Shown piece by piece: positions 27,217-36,454 of a stretch of DNA of 64,000 nucleotides (the first letter of the stretch is position 1; each line of letters opens with the position of its first letter). The stretch lies in assembly GCA_003507395.1 (NCBI GenBank), contig DNVW01000006.1, positions 98,249 to 162,248 of the forward strand, in the 5' to 3' direction. The DNA is from Clostridiales bacterium (GTDB lineage: Bacteria > Bacillota > Clostridia > TANB77 > CAG-508). The notes below the pieces were generated by a model. It searched no databases. It saw only the letters and a list, made by a program, of their open reading frames with translations, and was not told where the DNA came from. A program made the position numbers and the translations under genes.

Positions 27217-27633
27217 TTACTCTTTCTCTATTTTATTAATGTATTCGTCAACTTTTTTTCTAAATGCTGTTGAAGACCATGTGAATGGCCTTTTAGTATA
27301 CCTTACCTCACAACATTTTTTTAATTTTTCAAATCTATCATCACCTTGCCAGTCACTTCCCATAGTTAATATATCTATGTTATATTTTTTTATATCTGAT
27401 TCCTTTTGGTTCCAATCCTTTTCTGGTATTACCTCATCAACATATTTTATTGAACTTAACACTATTTTTCTTTCTTCAAAACTTAGATATGAACTTTTAT
27501 GTTTAATTGCATTAAATTCATCCGTTGACAATCCAACTATTAGGTAATCTCCCATTTCTTTTGATTCCTTCAAATGTTGTATATGTCCTGGTGTAATCAA
27601 ATCATATGTTCCATATGTTATAACTTTTTTCAT
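27217..27633 (-). CDS. tagD: Glycerol-3-phosphate cytidylyltransferase
   Basis: MKKVITYGTYDL..PGH...DYLIVGLSTDEFN...IKYVDEVIPE is close to B. subtilis TagD as I recall it. Confidence 0.88.
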   Translation of the reverse strand: MKKVITYGTYDLITPGHIQHLKESKEMGDYLIVGLSTDEFNAIKHKSSYLSFEERKIVLSSIKYVDEVIPEKDWNQKESDIKKYNIDILTMGSDWQGDDRFEKLKKCCEVRYTKRPFTWSSTAFRKKVDEYINKIEKE

Positions 27634-28901
27634 TATACTGCCTCCTTAAATATTTCTTTTATAACTCTTTCACTTGCATTCCCATCATCTAGGTAATTAT
27701 ATTTTTTATTAAAATCCTCATACTTTCTTTCATATTTTGGAAACTCTGTTTCAATATTGATTATACATTTCTCCAATTCCTCTTGTGTCCTAGTTATTGG
27801 TCCTGGTAGCTCATCAAGTGATATATAAAAATCTCTCAATCTGCTTTGGTATAAATCATAATCATACATATAAAACACTATTGGTCTTTTTAAATTTGCA
27901 AAATCAAAAAATACACTGGAATAATCGGTCATTATAATATCACTGACTAAATATAGTTCATTGATTTCATCATATCTTGCAACATTTATAACAAAACCTT
28001 CATATTTGCTTAAATCTATACTATTGGCTATAAAATAATGCGGACTAAATAGGACTACATATTCATCACCTATAGCTTTTCTTAATCTATCAAAATCAAT
28101 TTGTAATTCATATGTATATCCAATTCCTGAGGTATGTTGGTTATCTCTAAACGTTGGTAAATAAAAAATTACCTTTTTATTTATCGGTATCTTTAATTTT
28201 TCCTTTATCAGAGTAATATCTTTTTGTGTCTTATTAAATAAAAAGTCGTTTCTTGGATACCCTTCTTCTATTATAATATTTTCTTTATTAAGTTTCTTCA
28301 AGTTAAAAGCAGAAATGAATTTCTCTGTGCAGTATTTGCTTGGTGAAATAAAATAATCAAATCTTTTAGCATCAATATCATTTCTTTTTCTTATTTCTTT
28401 AATTGTATTAAGTACAGAACCATCGACCTCAATATCACATCTTAATTTTTTTATAGGTGTTCCATGCCAACATTGAACATACACTTGTCCTTTTTTCTTG
28501 GTTAGACTTTCTTCCATAATGGAATTAACAATCCAATATTTAGCTATTGAACAATATTTATAATACTCTTTAGATTTTGACTTTACAATTGTAGTTCTTT
28601 TATCTTCTTTTACATCATGAATATCAGTATCCAAAAACGCCCATACAAATTTAAAATTTTTAAATTGTGGCATTGACAGCATTTTTTCATATATTGCCTT
28701 TGGAGAACATGTATAGTTTCTTCCACCGAATGCTTCAAACAGTATTGTTTCATCATCCATTTTATATTTTATTTTATACCATATGTATCTTATTTTTTTT
28801 ATTACTAAGTTTATGTTGCGACACATTTTTCTAAATAATATATTTCTTTTTGAAATATCAACCAACATCTTTTTCATTTTGTAAATTACCTGTTTTATCA
28901 T
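27633..28901 (-). CDS. CDP-glycerol glycerophosphotransferase family protein (TagB/TagF-like)
   Basis: LPTFRD and MTDYSSVFFDF motifs. 4-nt overlaps with both neighbours. Confidence 0.8.
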   Translation of the reverse strand: MIKQVIYKMKKMLVDISKRNILFRKMCRNINLVIKKIRYIWYKIKYKMDDETILFEAFGGRNYTCSPKAIYEKMLSMPQFKNFKFVWAFLDTDIHDVKEDKRTTIVKSKSKEYYKYCSIAKYWIVNSIMEESLTKKKGQVYVQCWHGTPIKKLRCDIEVDGSVLNTIKEIRKRNDIDAKRFDYFISPSKYCTEKFISAFNLKKLNKENIIIEEGYPRNDFLFNKTQKDITLIKEKLKIPINKKVIFYLPTFRDNQHTSGIGYTYELQIDFDRLRKAIGDEYVVLFSPHYFIANSIDLSKYEGFVINVARYDEINELYLVSDIIMTDYSSVFFDFANLKRPIVFYMYDYDLYQSRLRDFYISLDELPGPITRTQEELEKCIINIETEFPKYERKYEDFNKKYNYLDDGNASERVIKEIFKEAV

Positions 28902-30082
28902 AGTGCCTCCTCTATTAGTTTCATCATTTTTTGTGTACTATTTCCATCTAATTGTGATATGTATTTTTTTCTAAATGCATTATATGATGTAATATCATAT
29001 TGATTATTGTCTATTATCTTGATAATATCTTTTATATTTTTATATACGCAATTCTTTAACTCCTTAAATAAATCTATATTTAAGCCGTTTTCTTTTTCGT
29101 ATTTTTCATAATCATATACATATAAAAGTAATTTCTTATTCAATAAGCAAGCATCCATTGTTAGTGCTGAATAATCTGTAATAACATAATCCATTACTCT
29201 TAGTACATCATAAGTTAAAAACTCTTCTCTATTGATGCATATAACATTAGTTTTATTTATGTAGTTATTGTTTTTAGGGTGAAATGTTATAATCAAATTG
29301 TATTTTTCAGTATCTATGGCACTTATTACTTCCTCTATGTTATCTGTTCCATCACTTCTGAATGTTGGCGAATATAAAATATTTGTTTTTTTCTTAAGTT
29401 GAGGATACTTATCAAATAACTTTTTTACCATACTTTTATTTTCTTTTAATAAATAATCTGCCGAAGGCGTTCCAATATCCTTTACTTTTTCTATTGGAAC
29501 ATCAAATGCATGTGCGAAAAACAAATTCATCTCTTTTGAACCACTTATAACATAATCGTAATTTTTATGCATACATAAAGCTATAGCTATTTTTTTATTT
29601 ATTCCATCTTCATATCCAATTGATTGATATCCAAATTTCTTTATGGCTCCTAATGCATGCCATAGTTGGATAATTTTTGTATTTTTCTTATGTTTAAGTA
29701 TACTTACTACAATGTTATATCCATCAATTATAATAACTTTTGAAGAAGCAATTTGTTTCATTTGAGAATATAAGTTAAAGTAGTATTCTACACCTAATTT
29801 TATTTCTTTTAAAGATACTCTTTTCTTTTTTTCGTTTCTTATCATTGCATTTATACCTGTAGACACCTTTTTACATATTATGCTATACTTTATATTTCTT
29901 TTATCCAATTCTTCTATAAGCATTTTAAAATTGAGTGGCACTTCATTTGATTGTCTACTTAAAAAGAATACATTATTTTTTTGTTTATTAAATATTTTTA
30001 TAAAAAAATATATGCTCTTTAGATGCCATTTAAATATAGTTATTGCACCTAATAAAAAAACGTCTTTAAAAAAGCTCATCAA
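28898..30082 (-). CDS. CDP-glycerol glycerophosphotransferase family protein (TagB/TagF-like)
   Basis: YSPTFRSDG and ITDYSALTMD motifs. Confidence 0.75.
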   Translation of the reverse strand: MMSFFKDVFLLGAITIFKWHLKSIYFFIKIFNKQKNNVFFLSRQSNEVPLNFKMLIEELDKRNIKYSIICKKVSTGINAMIRNEKKKRVSLKEIKLGVEYYFNLYSQMKQIASSKVIIIDGYNIVVSILKHKKNTKIIQLWHALGAIKKFGYQSIGYEDGINKKIAIALCMHKNYDYVISGSKEMNLFFAHAFDVPIEKVKDIGTPSADYLLKENKSMVKKLFDKYPQLKKKTNILYSPTFRSDGTDNIEEVISAIDTEKYNLIITFHPKNNNYINKTNVICINREEFLTYDVLRVMDYVITDYSALTMDACLLNKKLLLYVYDYEKYEKENGLNIDLFKELKNCVYKNIKDIIKIIDNNQYDITSYNAFRKKYISQLDGNSTQKMMKLIEEAL

Positions 30083-30112
30083 AATTTTCTCCTTTTTGTT
30101 ATTGATACATAG

Positions 30113-32374
30113 TTATTTTAATAAATTAATGATTTTTCTTGCAATTATTTCTCTAGCATACTTCAAGGTTATTATATCATAATTCTTTCTATATGTTTCA
30201 ATGTTCAAATCTTTTACTCCTAATATTTTATTTAAAAGTTCTTCATTAGAGTGGTAATATGCCTCTGGAATCTCCTTAAGCACTTCTAATGATCCCACAT
30301 TTTCCTTTGCAAAAACAGGTCTTCCATTTAGAATGCTTTCTATATATGTCATTCCAAAAGATTGGTTGTTGCAAAAATCTACTACACAAGTACTTTCTTT
30401 AATCACTTTGTTTGGAGCATTAGTAACCCCGTTATATGAAATAATATCATCCAAATCATTTTTTAATATTTCATTAACAAAGCTATCCGCATAATCTCCT
30501 TGCCCGTATATATTTAATATAAGATTTTTAATTTTCTTATCTTTTAAATACTTTCCAAAATCTATAATATTTTTTATATCTTCCTCTCTATCTTTTGAGA
30601 GTCTTACTAATGAAACCACTTTTATTCTTCCATCAAATTCTGTTTGTATTTCTTTTTTTGATATCATTGCTCTACTTTCTAACGCATTTCCAATAATTTC
30701 AGATTTTTCGTAATTGTCGTAATTAAATATGTTTTTATACGACTCCCTACTTGCTTTTGTCACAAAAATGCAATTTTCAAGTTTTTCCTTTTTTATCTGC
30801 TCCATTAATCCTGGATAATATGTGTTTATCACTTTGGCATCAGTATGAAAAAAATACAATTTATTTATTACTTCCTTATTAGCAAACTTTTTAACAAATA
30901 AATGTATACTCTCTCTAGTAGATATAATTGTTTTGGAATTTGTTGATTCCAAATACTCTTTCAATTTCTTGCCAATGTATGGAATCAAATTTTCTTTGTT
31001 AATATCATAGTTAAAATAGTAATAATCTTTTTTATTCCTATATAGATGTCTTTTTATTCTATTTAACCATTTATTCTGCTTTTTATTGTAAAAGGCATTT
31101 ATCGTTAATCCGTATGGAAGCAAATAATTTGATTCTGTCATTTTTAAAGACAAAAGTTCTACTAAATATCCCTCTTCCAACATGGCTTCTGCTAAAGCTT
31201 TCGTAGCACTTACTGTTCCACCTTTTCCAGTAAAATTATATCCCAGTATTGTAATTTTATTTAACTGTAGTTTTCTAAAGTACTGGTACATTTTTTTTAT
31301 ATGTTCACCTTTTAATATATAGTCATAGTCTATATGCTTTGGAAGTCTATCTCTAAAAAATAGGTTTATATTATATTTTTCACTTATTATTGTTTCTATT
31401 AACTCGTCTACATATCTTATACTATACTTTTCTATTTCTTCTAATGGGTAATATGTATCTCTATGTTTAAAATATTCTTCTGCATCTGGTTGAAACAGTA
31501 TTACTGGTATATTTAATAATGTGCAATCAAATCCTACAGATGAGTAATCTGTAATCAGTAAATCACATGTTGCAAGTTCCTTCATTAAATTCATTTCGTT
31601 AGGTTTAACTAATTCTATATTATCTGTTCCTTTTATAGATTCTTTAATTGCACAAACCTTTTTATCATCATAAAATTGATGCATACATAATTTGATATCA
31701 ACCTCATTGTCTTTAATATATTTTAAAAATCTCGCATCTTTAAAAACTCTATTTAATTTGTTTAAAAATTTCTTTGTCTCAAAATTATCTCCAAAATATT
31801 CTCTCCAAGTTATAAAAAATAAGATTTTTTTTCTTTTAAGTTTTTGTTTTTTCTTCTCCATATAGTATTCAACAGTTTTTTTATATCTTGGATGAAATTC
31901 TCCATAATATAACTGATAATCATTGAAGTCATTTTCCATCTTGAAAATTTCTTTTATATCAGGATTATAATAAAGGAATCTAAACATATTATTATAATAT
32001 GAATTGCCCTTATACCCTATTTTTTTTATTCCTAGTGTTCCATGTTGTAAATATATTAATGGTTTTTTTATTATTAATTTAATTGGTTTTCCTAGTATTT
32101 CTTCTGGCAAAATGTCCCTATATGACAACGTTACAAAATACATATCTGCTTTTTTAAATAATTCCATATGTTTTAATGAATTTTTCCATACTATTTTATC
32201 TTGCTTGTCTTGTGGCAACGTTTTATAAAAATCTAGGTTTTGCTTATTTCTGGATAATATAAAATACTTGTTAATTTCATCTTTTACATTGCAAACTTCA
32301 TCCCAAAAGTAATACGAATTATTATTATATGTGTTTCCTAAATTTTCTCCAAAAAGCCATATGAATTTTTTCAT
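30113..32374 (-). CDS. Fusion protein: N-terminal CDP-glycerol glycerophosphotransferase domain + C-terminal GT4-type glycosyltransferase domain
   Basis: N-terminal half has LITDYSSVGFDC. C-terminal half begins ITILGYNFTGKGGTVSATKALAE and ends with the GT4-like ...QSFGMTYIESILNGRPVFA. Confidence 0.7.
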   Translation of the reverse strand: MKKFIWLFGENLGNTYNNNSYYFWDEVCNVKDEINKYFILSRNKQNLDFYKTLPQDKQDKIVWKNSLKHMELFKKADMYFVTLSYRDILPEEILGKPIKLIIKKPLIYLQHGTLGIKKIGYKGNSYYNNMFRFLYYNPDIKEIFKMENDFNDYQLYYGEFHPRYKKTVEYYMEKKKQKLKRKKILFFITWREYFGDNFETKKFLNKLNRVFKDARFLKYIKDNEVDIKLCMHQFYDDKKVCAIKESIKGTDNIELVKPNEMNLMKELATCDLLITDYSSVGFDCTLLNIPVILFQPDAEEYFKHRDTYYPLEEIEKYSIRYVDELIETIISEKYNINLFFRDRLPKHIDYDYILKGEHIKKMYQYFRKLQLNKITILGYNFTGKGGTVSATKALAEAMLEEGYLVELLSLKMTESNYLLPYGLTINAFYNKKQNKWLNRIKRHLYRNKKDYYYFNYDINKENLIPYIGKKLKEYLESTNSKTIISTRESIHLFVKKFANKEVINKLYFFHTDAKVINTYYPGLMEQIKKEKLENCIFVTKASRESYKNIFNYDNYEKSEIIGNALESRAMISKKEIQTEFDGRIKVVSLVRLSKDREEDIKNIIDFGKYLKDKKIKNLILNIYGQGDYADSFVNEILKNDLDDIISYNGVTNAPNKVIKESTCVVDFCNNQSFGMTYIESILNGRPVFAKENVGSLEVLKEIPEAYYHSNEELLNKILGVKDLNIETYRKNYDIITLKYAREIIARKIINLLK

Positions 32375-32392
32375 TTTATTGTTCTCCCCTTT

Positions 32393-33397
32393 TTATATAA
32401 AGGCTCTTAACCTTTTCATATCTTCTCCATACATTATTCCGATTCCAACATTATCGTTTATATCATATCCACTGTAAAATATATAATATTTTTCATTTTC
32501 ATATAATATAGAGCTTCTGTATAGTCCTCCAGCATCCCAGTTTTTGGTAGATGGCGTTATAATTTCTATTGGTGTTTCCCATTTTATGTTATCACTTGAG
32601 TATGAATAATAAACACTCATCTTTTCTCTATAGTTAATATTTTTGTATGCACACGCAACAAGTTCATATATTTTCTTATCATTATTATAAATTACATCTA
32701 TATGCCATGTTCTGTATCCATTTGCATATTTGATTTCTAACAAACGTGGTTTTGTAACTGTATCTCCAGATTTTTCAATATAATACACATTTTTTTTGTC
32801 AACATACCAAATCTTATACTTCCCTTTTTCATATATAATTGCCGGACTGACATAATCTAGCTTTTTCCTAACAGAAGATTTAAGAAAAACTGTTTTGGGC
32901 GTCCAATTTCTTCCATCTGTAGAAGTCTTAGTAAAAATAGTCACCTCTCCTTTTTCATCATCTACATATCTCCAAAATATTTCTAATTGATCTAAATCCT
33001 CATTGTATACAAGGTGTGTATCTGAGTTGTAATGTTCTTCATCAGCGTTTTCTGGTATATCTAATGGGTTTTTTATTCCTTCTGGTTCCTCCCATGTTTT
33101 TATATCATTGCTCACATTAACTACAGGATTTTCCTTGGTTTCATCCTTTTTTGGATATGGGGTAAAAGACATCCAATATTTATATCCATTCCACTCTTTT
33201 TCAAAAGAAATTACTTTTGGATGATATCCCTGATTATTATTCAATGTTGTATTCATTGTTATTTTATTGCTGTTCACTATATTATCGTATTTAATATTTC
33301 TGAAGATAACACTTGATGTAATCAACACAATTGAAAATATTAAAAACATTAAGATATAACTGTTTTTTATCCTATCTATTATATTACTTTTTTTCAT
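32393..33397 (-). CDS. Membrane-anchored beta-propeller-like protein (Asp-box/BNR-like, possible glycosidase), family unassigned
   Basis: N-terminal TM helix. Asp-box-like TSTDGRNWTP and YSSDNIKWETP. GYHPKVISFEKEWNGYKYWMSFTPYP block. Confidence 0.4.
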   Translation of the reverse strand: MKKSNIIDRIKNSYILMFLIFSIVLITSSVIFRNIKYDNIVNSNKITMNTTLNNNQGYHPKVISFEKEWNGYKYWMSFTPYPKKDETKENPVVNVSNDIKTWEEPEGIKNPLDIPENADEEHYNSDTHLVYNEDLDQLEIFWRYVDDEKGEVTIFTKTSTDGRNWTPKTVFLKSSVRKKLDYVSPAIIYEKGKYKIWYVDKKNVYYIEKSGDTVTKPRLLEIKYANGYRTWHIDVIYNNDKKIYELVACAYKNINYREKMSVYYSYSSDNIKWETPIEIITPSTKNWDAGGLYRSSILYENEKYYIFYSGYDINDNVGIGIMYGEDMKRLRAFI

Positions 33398-33443
33398 TAC
33401 ATTCCCTCTTTATATAATTTTATTTATAATATCATATGTATTT

Positions 33444-34529
33444 TTATTTTTCAACTTTCTTTTTGTTATCTCTATTTTTTTCCATTTTCTTTATGTCTTC
33501 ATGATATTTTTTTGAATTTTCATACCAGGCAGAACAGTTTAAATCTTGTTTTCTGTTTGGTATGTTATATTTTTCTTGAATTATTTTTCCTATGTATTTG
33601 CTTACTTTTTCAGCTCCATATACATTCAGATGATCTCCTCCATCAGCGGAATCTGTATTCCAGTCAAACCCAAAATCTTTATAGTTTAAATTCAGATCTA
33701 TGAAATCTAATCCCTTATTGTTTGCAAACTCCTGTGTTTTTTCACTTAAGTCATATGACCATGATTCTGCTGATGGTAATTCTATTAGCAGTAATTCAAT
33801 ATTATTTTTTTTGCATGTTGCTATTATTTTATTTAAATAGAAATAACACTTTTCTCCTATTTTTTCCTTTGAATCATCTTTTTTCATATATTCGTTATCT
33901 TTAACATACGCTTTTGTATCCACACTAATATCCATACCTTTGTACGCAAACTTCTTGCTTTCAAATGCTTTTTCAAAATCAACATCTTCCAACTCTGCCC
34001 ACCTTGAGTGAAACCTTGCTATTGGAAAAATATAACTTAATATTTCTTCCTTTTTATTTTTAAATACTGGATCTGTAATAGCTCTAATTTTATTTATACT
34101 CAGTTTCATGTTGTCAAATGTCTTTCTGTAGTTACTTTCACTACTTTGTGTTTCGTTAAATGCTGAATCCATATTTAATACAATCAACCTTGGTGTTTGA
34201 GTTTTTATGCATTCCTCTAATAAATAATATTCTGTCCACATTCTCTGTCCAGATGTTGAGTAATTGTAACTTGTTATACCATATTCATCCCACATTGTAA
34301 TTGGAGATATTCCTCTATATACATCACTATTTCCCATAAATATAACATCCAAGGAATTTTTGGGTTCTTCATAAAAGCCTCCAACAATGTATGACATTCT
34401 ATTATCTTCTGGCGTTATCCATTTTGGAATCAGTATTTTAGTTAAAACATGCAAAATTATAATTCCAATTATACCAAAACATATCACTTTTACTATTATA
34501 CTCATTGTTTCTTTCTTGAACTCCGTCAT
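33444..34529 (-). CDS. SGNH/DltD/AlgJ-like O-acyltransferase accessory protein
   Basis: N-terminal TM helix, block-I-like VIFMGNSDVY, C-terminal DGGDHLNVYGAEKVS. Immediately downstream of the MBOAT gene. Confidence 0.5.
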   Translation of the reverse strand: MTEFKKETMSIIVKVICFGIIGIIILHVLTKILIPKWITPEDNRMSYIVGGFYEEPKNSLDVIFMGNSDVYRGISPITMWDEYGITSYNYSTSGQRMWTEYYLLEECIKTQTPRLIVLNMDSAFNETQSSESNYRKTFDNMKLSINKIRAITDPVFKNKKEEILSYIFPIARFHSRWAELEDVDFEKAFESKKFAYKGMDISVDTKAYVKDNEYMKKDDSKEKIGEKCYFYLNKIIATCKKNNIELLLIELPSAESWSYDLSEKTQEFANNKGLDFIDLNLNYKDFGFDWNTDSADGGDHLNVYGAEKVSKYIGKIIQEKYNIPNRKQDLNCSAWYENSKKYHEDIKKMEKNRDNKKKVEK

Positions 34530-34560
34530 CTGTCCTTCTTATCCTCCTTTTTGCAATAAC

Positions 34561-36156
34561 TTAAAATTGACCATAAATAAAACTACTTGCTGAATAGCCT
34601 TTACCATAAATTCCAAATATAATAATTGAAAATATTATTCCATAATATAATGTCCATCTAAAGACTATGTTTTGCTTACTTATTTTCTCTCTTATACTAT
34701 ATCCTTTTTCTTGTAATAATCCAACTATAAACATTATAATTACTCCTACTATAATAACAATAAAGTCACTAGTTTCAAATCCAATTTTGAATAATTCTCC
34801 ATTAAATAATTTACCCATGTTTTCAAAAGTAAAAATTGACAAAAGCATTTGTAAAGCTACCTTCAATCTTTTAGCTCTAAATATTAGCATTCCAATTAAC
34901 ACTATAATTGTAGTTCTAATCATTTGCCACATTTTATATCCAAATGTTTTTGTATTAATATTTAGCTTTATTATTACTTGTTTAAATAATGGGGTAAGTA
35001 TCATTCCGATTATTGTCATAATATAATAATATAATCCATAAAAAATATATTTCCAACTAGCCCCATGCCAAATTCCATTTGTAAACCATACAAAAAACAG
35101 AGCAAACATTGCTGGTATTATTTTTCCTATGTATCCTTTAAATATTTTTTTAACATTTGTTGTTAAATTTATTGTTAGTTTTGAAAAAGATATTGGGTAA
35201 AATATATAATCTTTCAACCATTCTCCCAAGGTTATATGCCATCTTCTCCAGAATTCTTGAATACTTTTTGAAAAAAAAGGTCTTTTAAAATTTTCCGCTA
35301 ATGTAACTCCGAATATCTGTGCAACTCCCCTTACTATATCTATACAACCTGAAAATTCAGCATATATTTGAATTGTATATAATATAATTGCCATGACTAT
35401 TACAATTCCACTATATTCATTATATTTATTAAATACCTCATTTACATATAATGCTGCCCTATCTGCTATAACCATTTTTTTTAATAATCCCCACAATATT
35501 ATTTGTATAGCATATTTTACTCTTTTATAATTAAAATCATGAGGTTTATATAGTTGTTCTGCCAAATCTTCATATCTTCCAATTGGTCCTTCGAGCATTT
35601 GAGGAAAAAATGATAAGAAAAGAGCTATCTTACCCCAATTTTTTTCTGCTTTATATTTTCCCCTATACACATCTACAATATAACTTAACGCCTGTAACGT
35701 ATAATAAGAAATTCCAAGTGGTAGTATTACTTTTTTAAATGGAATTTTAGTGTTAATATTTAAAAGATTCAGTATTTCATTAATATTCTTGCTTATAAAA
35801 TTGCCATATTTTAAAAACAATAGTATACCAACATTTATAGCTATTGTTATAAATATTATTATTTTTTTCTTTTTTTCAGCTTCTCTTTTTAATACTTTTC
35901 TTGCTTCCTTATCTTTTCCATTGCAACTAATTTGTTTTTTTTCATCCACCTTATTCATTAAAATGCCTGACCAATATATTGTAAATGTTGTTACAACCAA
36001 AAAAATTGTAAGTTTTGCACTTGCTATAAAGTAATATATATAGCTTCCAATTAATAAGATACACCATCTAATTTTCTTCGGTACTAGAAAATATAATAGC
36101 ATCATTATTATTACAAATAACATAAACTTTAACGAAATTATTGTCATGATAAGCAC
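34561..36156 (-). CDS. MBOAT-family membrane O-acyltransferase (AlgI/DltB-like)
   Basis: Polytopic 531-aa protein with the FWRRWHITLGEWLKDYIFYP histidine motif. Confidence 0.8.
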   Translation of the reverse strand: MLIMTIISLKFMLFVIIMMLLYFLVPKKIRWCILLIGSYIYYFIASAKLTIFLVVTTFTIYWSGILMNKVDEKKQISCNGKDKEARKVLKREAEKKKKIIIFITIAINVGILLFLKYGNFISKNINEILNLLNINTKIPFKKVILPLGISYYTLQALSYIVDVYRGKYKAEKNWGKIALFLSFFPQMLEGPIGRYEDLAEQLYKPHDFNYKRVKYAIQIILWGLLKKMVIADRAALYVNEVFNKYNEYSGIVIVMAIILYTIQIYAEFSGCIDIVRGVAQIFGVTLAENFKRPFFSKSIQEFWRRWHITLGEWLKDYIFYPISFSKLTINLTTNVKKIFKGYIGKIIPAMFALFFVWFTNGIWHGASWKYIFYGLYYYIMTIIGMILTPLFKQVIIKLNINTKTFGYKMWQMIRTTIIVLIGMLIFRAKRLKVALQMLLSIFTFENMGKLFNGELFKIGFETSDFIVIIVGVIIMFIVGLLQEKGYSIREKISKQNIVFRWTLYYGIIFSIIIFGIYGKGYSASSFIYGQF

Positions 36157-36169
36157 TGCCTCCGTCCTT

Positions 36170-36394
36170 CTATTCTTCTTCCAGTTTTTTTACTAAATTA
36201 TATATAGCTTCTACTGAATTAAAATTTTCCGGTACAATGTCTCTTGCTGTTATTTGTATATCAAATTCCTCATCAACTGCTGAAACTATAGTCACTATAT
36301 CAAATGAATCCAAAATTTCTTCATCTATTAAATTATTATTAGTAACATCTATATCCGGTTTAATATTTTTCAAAATTTTTATTATTTTTTCCAT
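36170..36394 (-). CDS. Acyl/D-alanyl carrier protein (DltC-like)
   Basis: 74 aa, acidic, with a phosphopantetheine-site-like EEILDSFDIVTIV. Confidence 0.7.
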   Translation of the reverse strand: MEKIIKILKNIKPDIDVTNNNLIDEEILDSFDIVTIVSAVDEEFDIQITARDIVPENFNSVEAIYNLVKKLEEE

Positions 36395-36454
36395 TCATTC
36401 TCCCTCTTTCATTATTAAATTATTTTTAAAATTTGTAATCTTTCCTATCAATGT

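Noticed and set aside
27217-27633. TagD has TPGH where B. subtilis TagD has HWGH in the CTP-binding signature.
   Set aside because: The (H/T)xGH variant is normal within the cytidylyltransferase/nucleotidyltransferase superfamily, so this is not evidence of inactivation.
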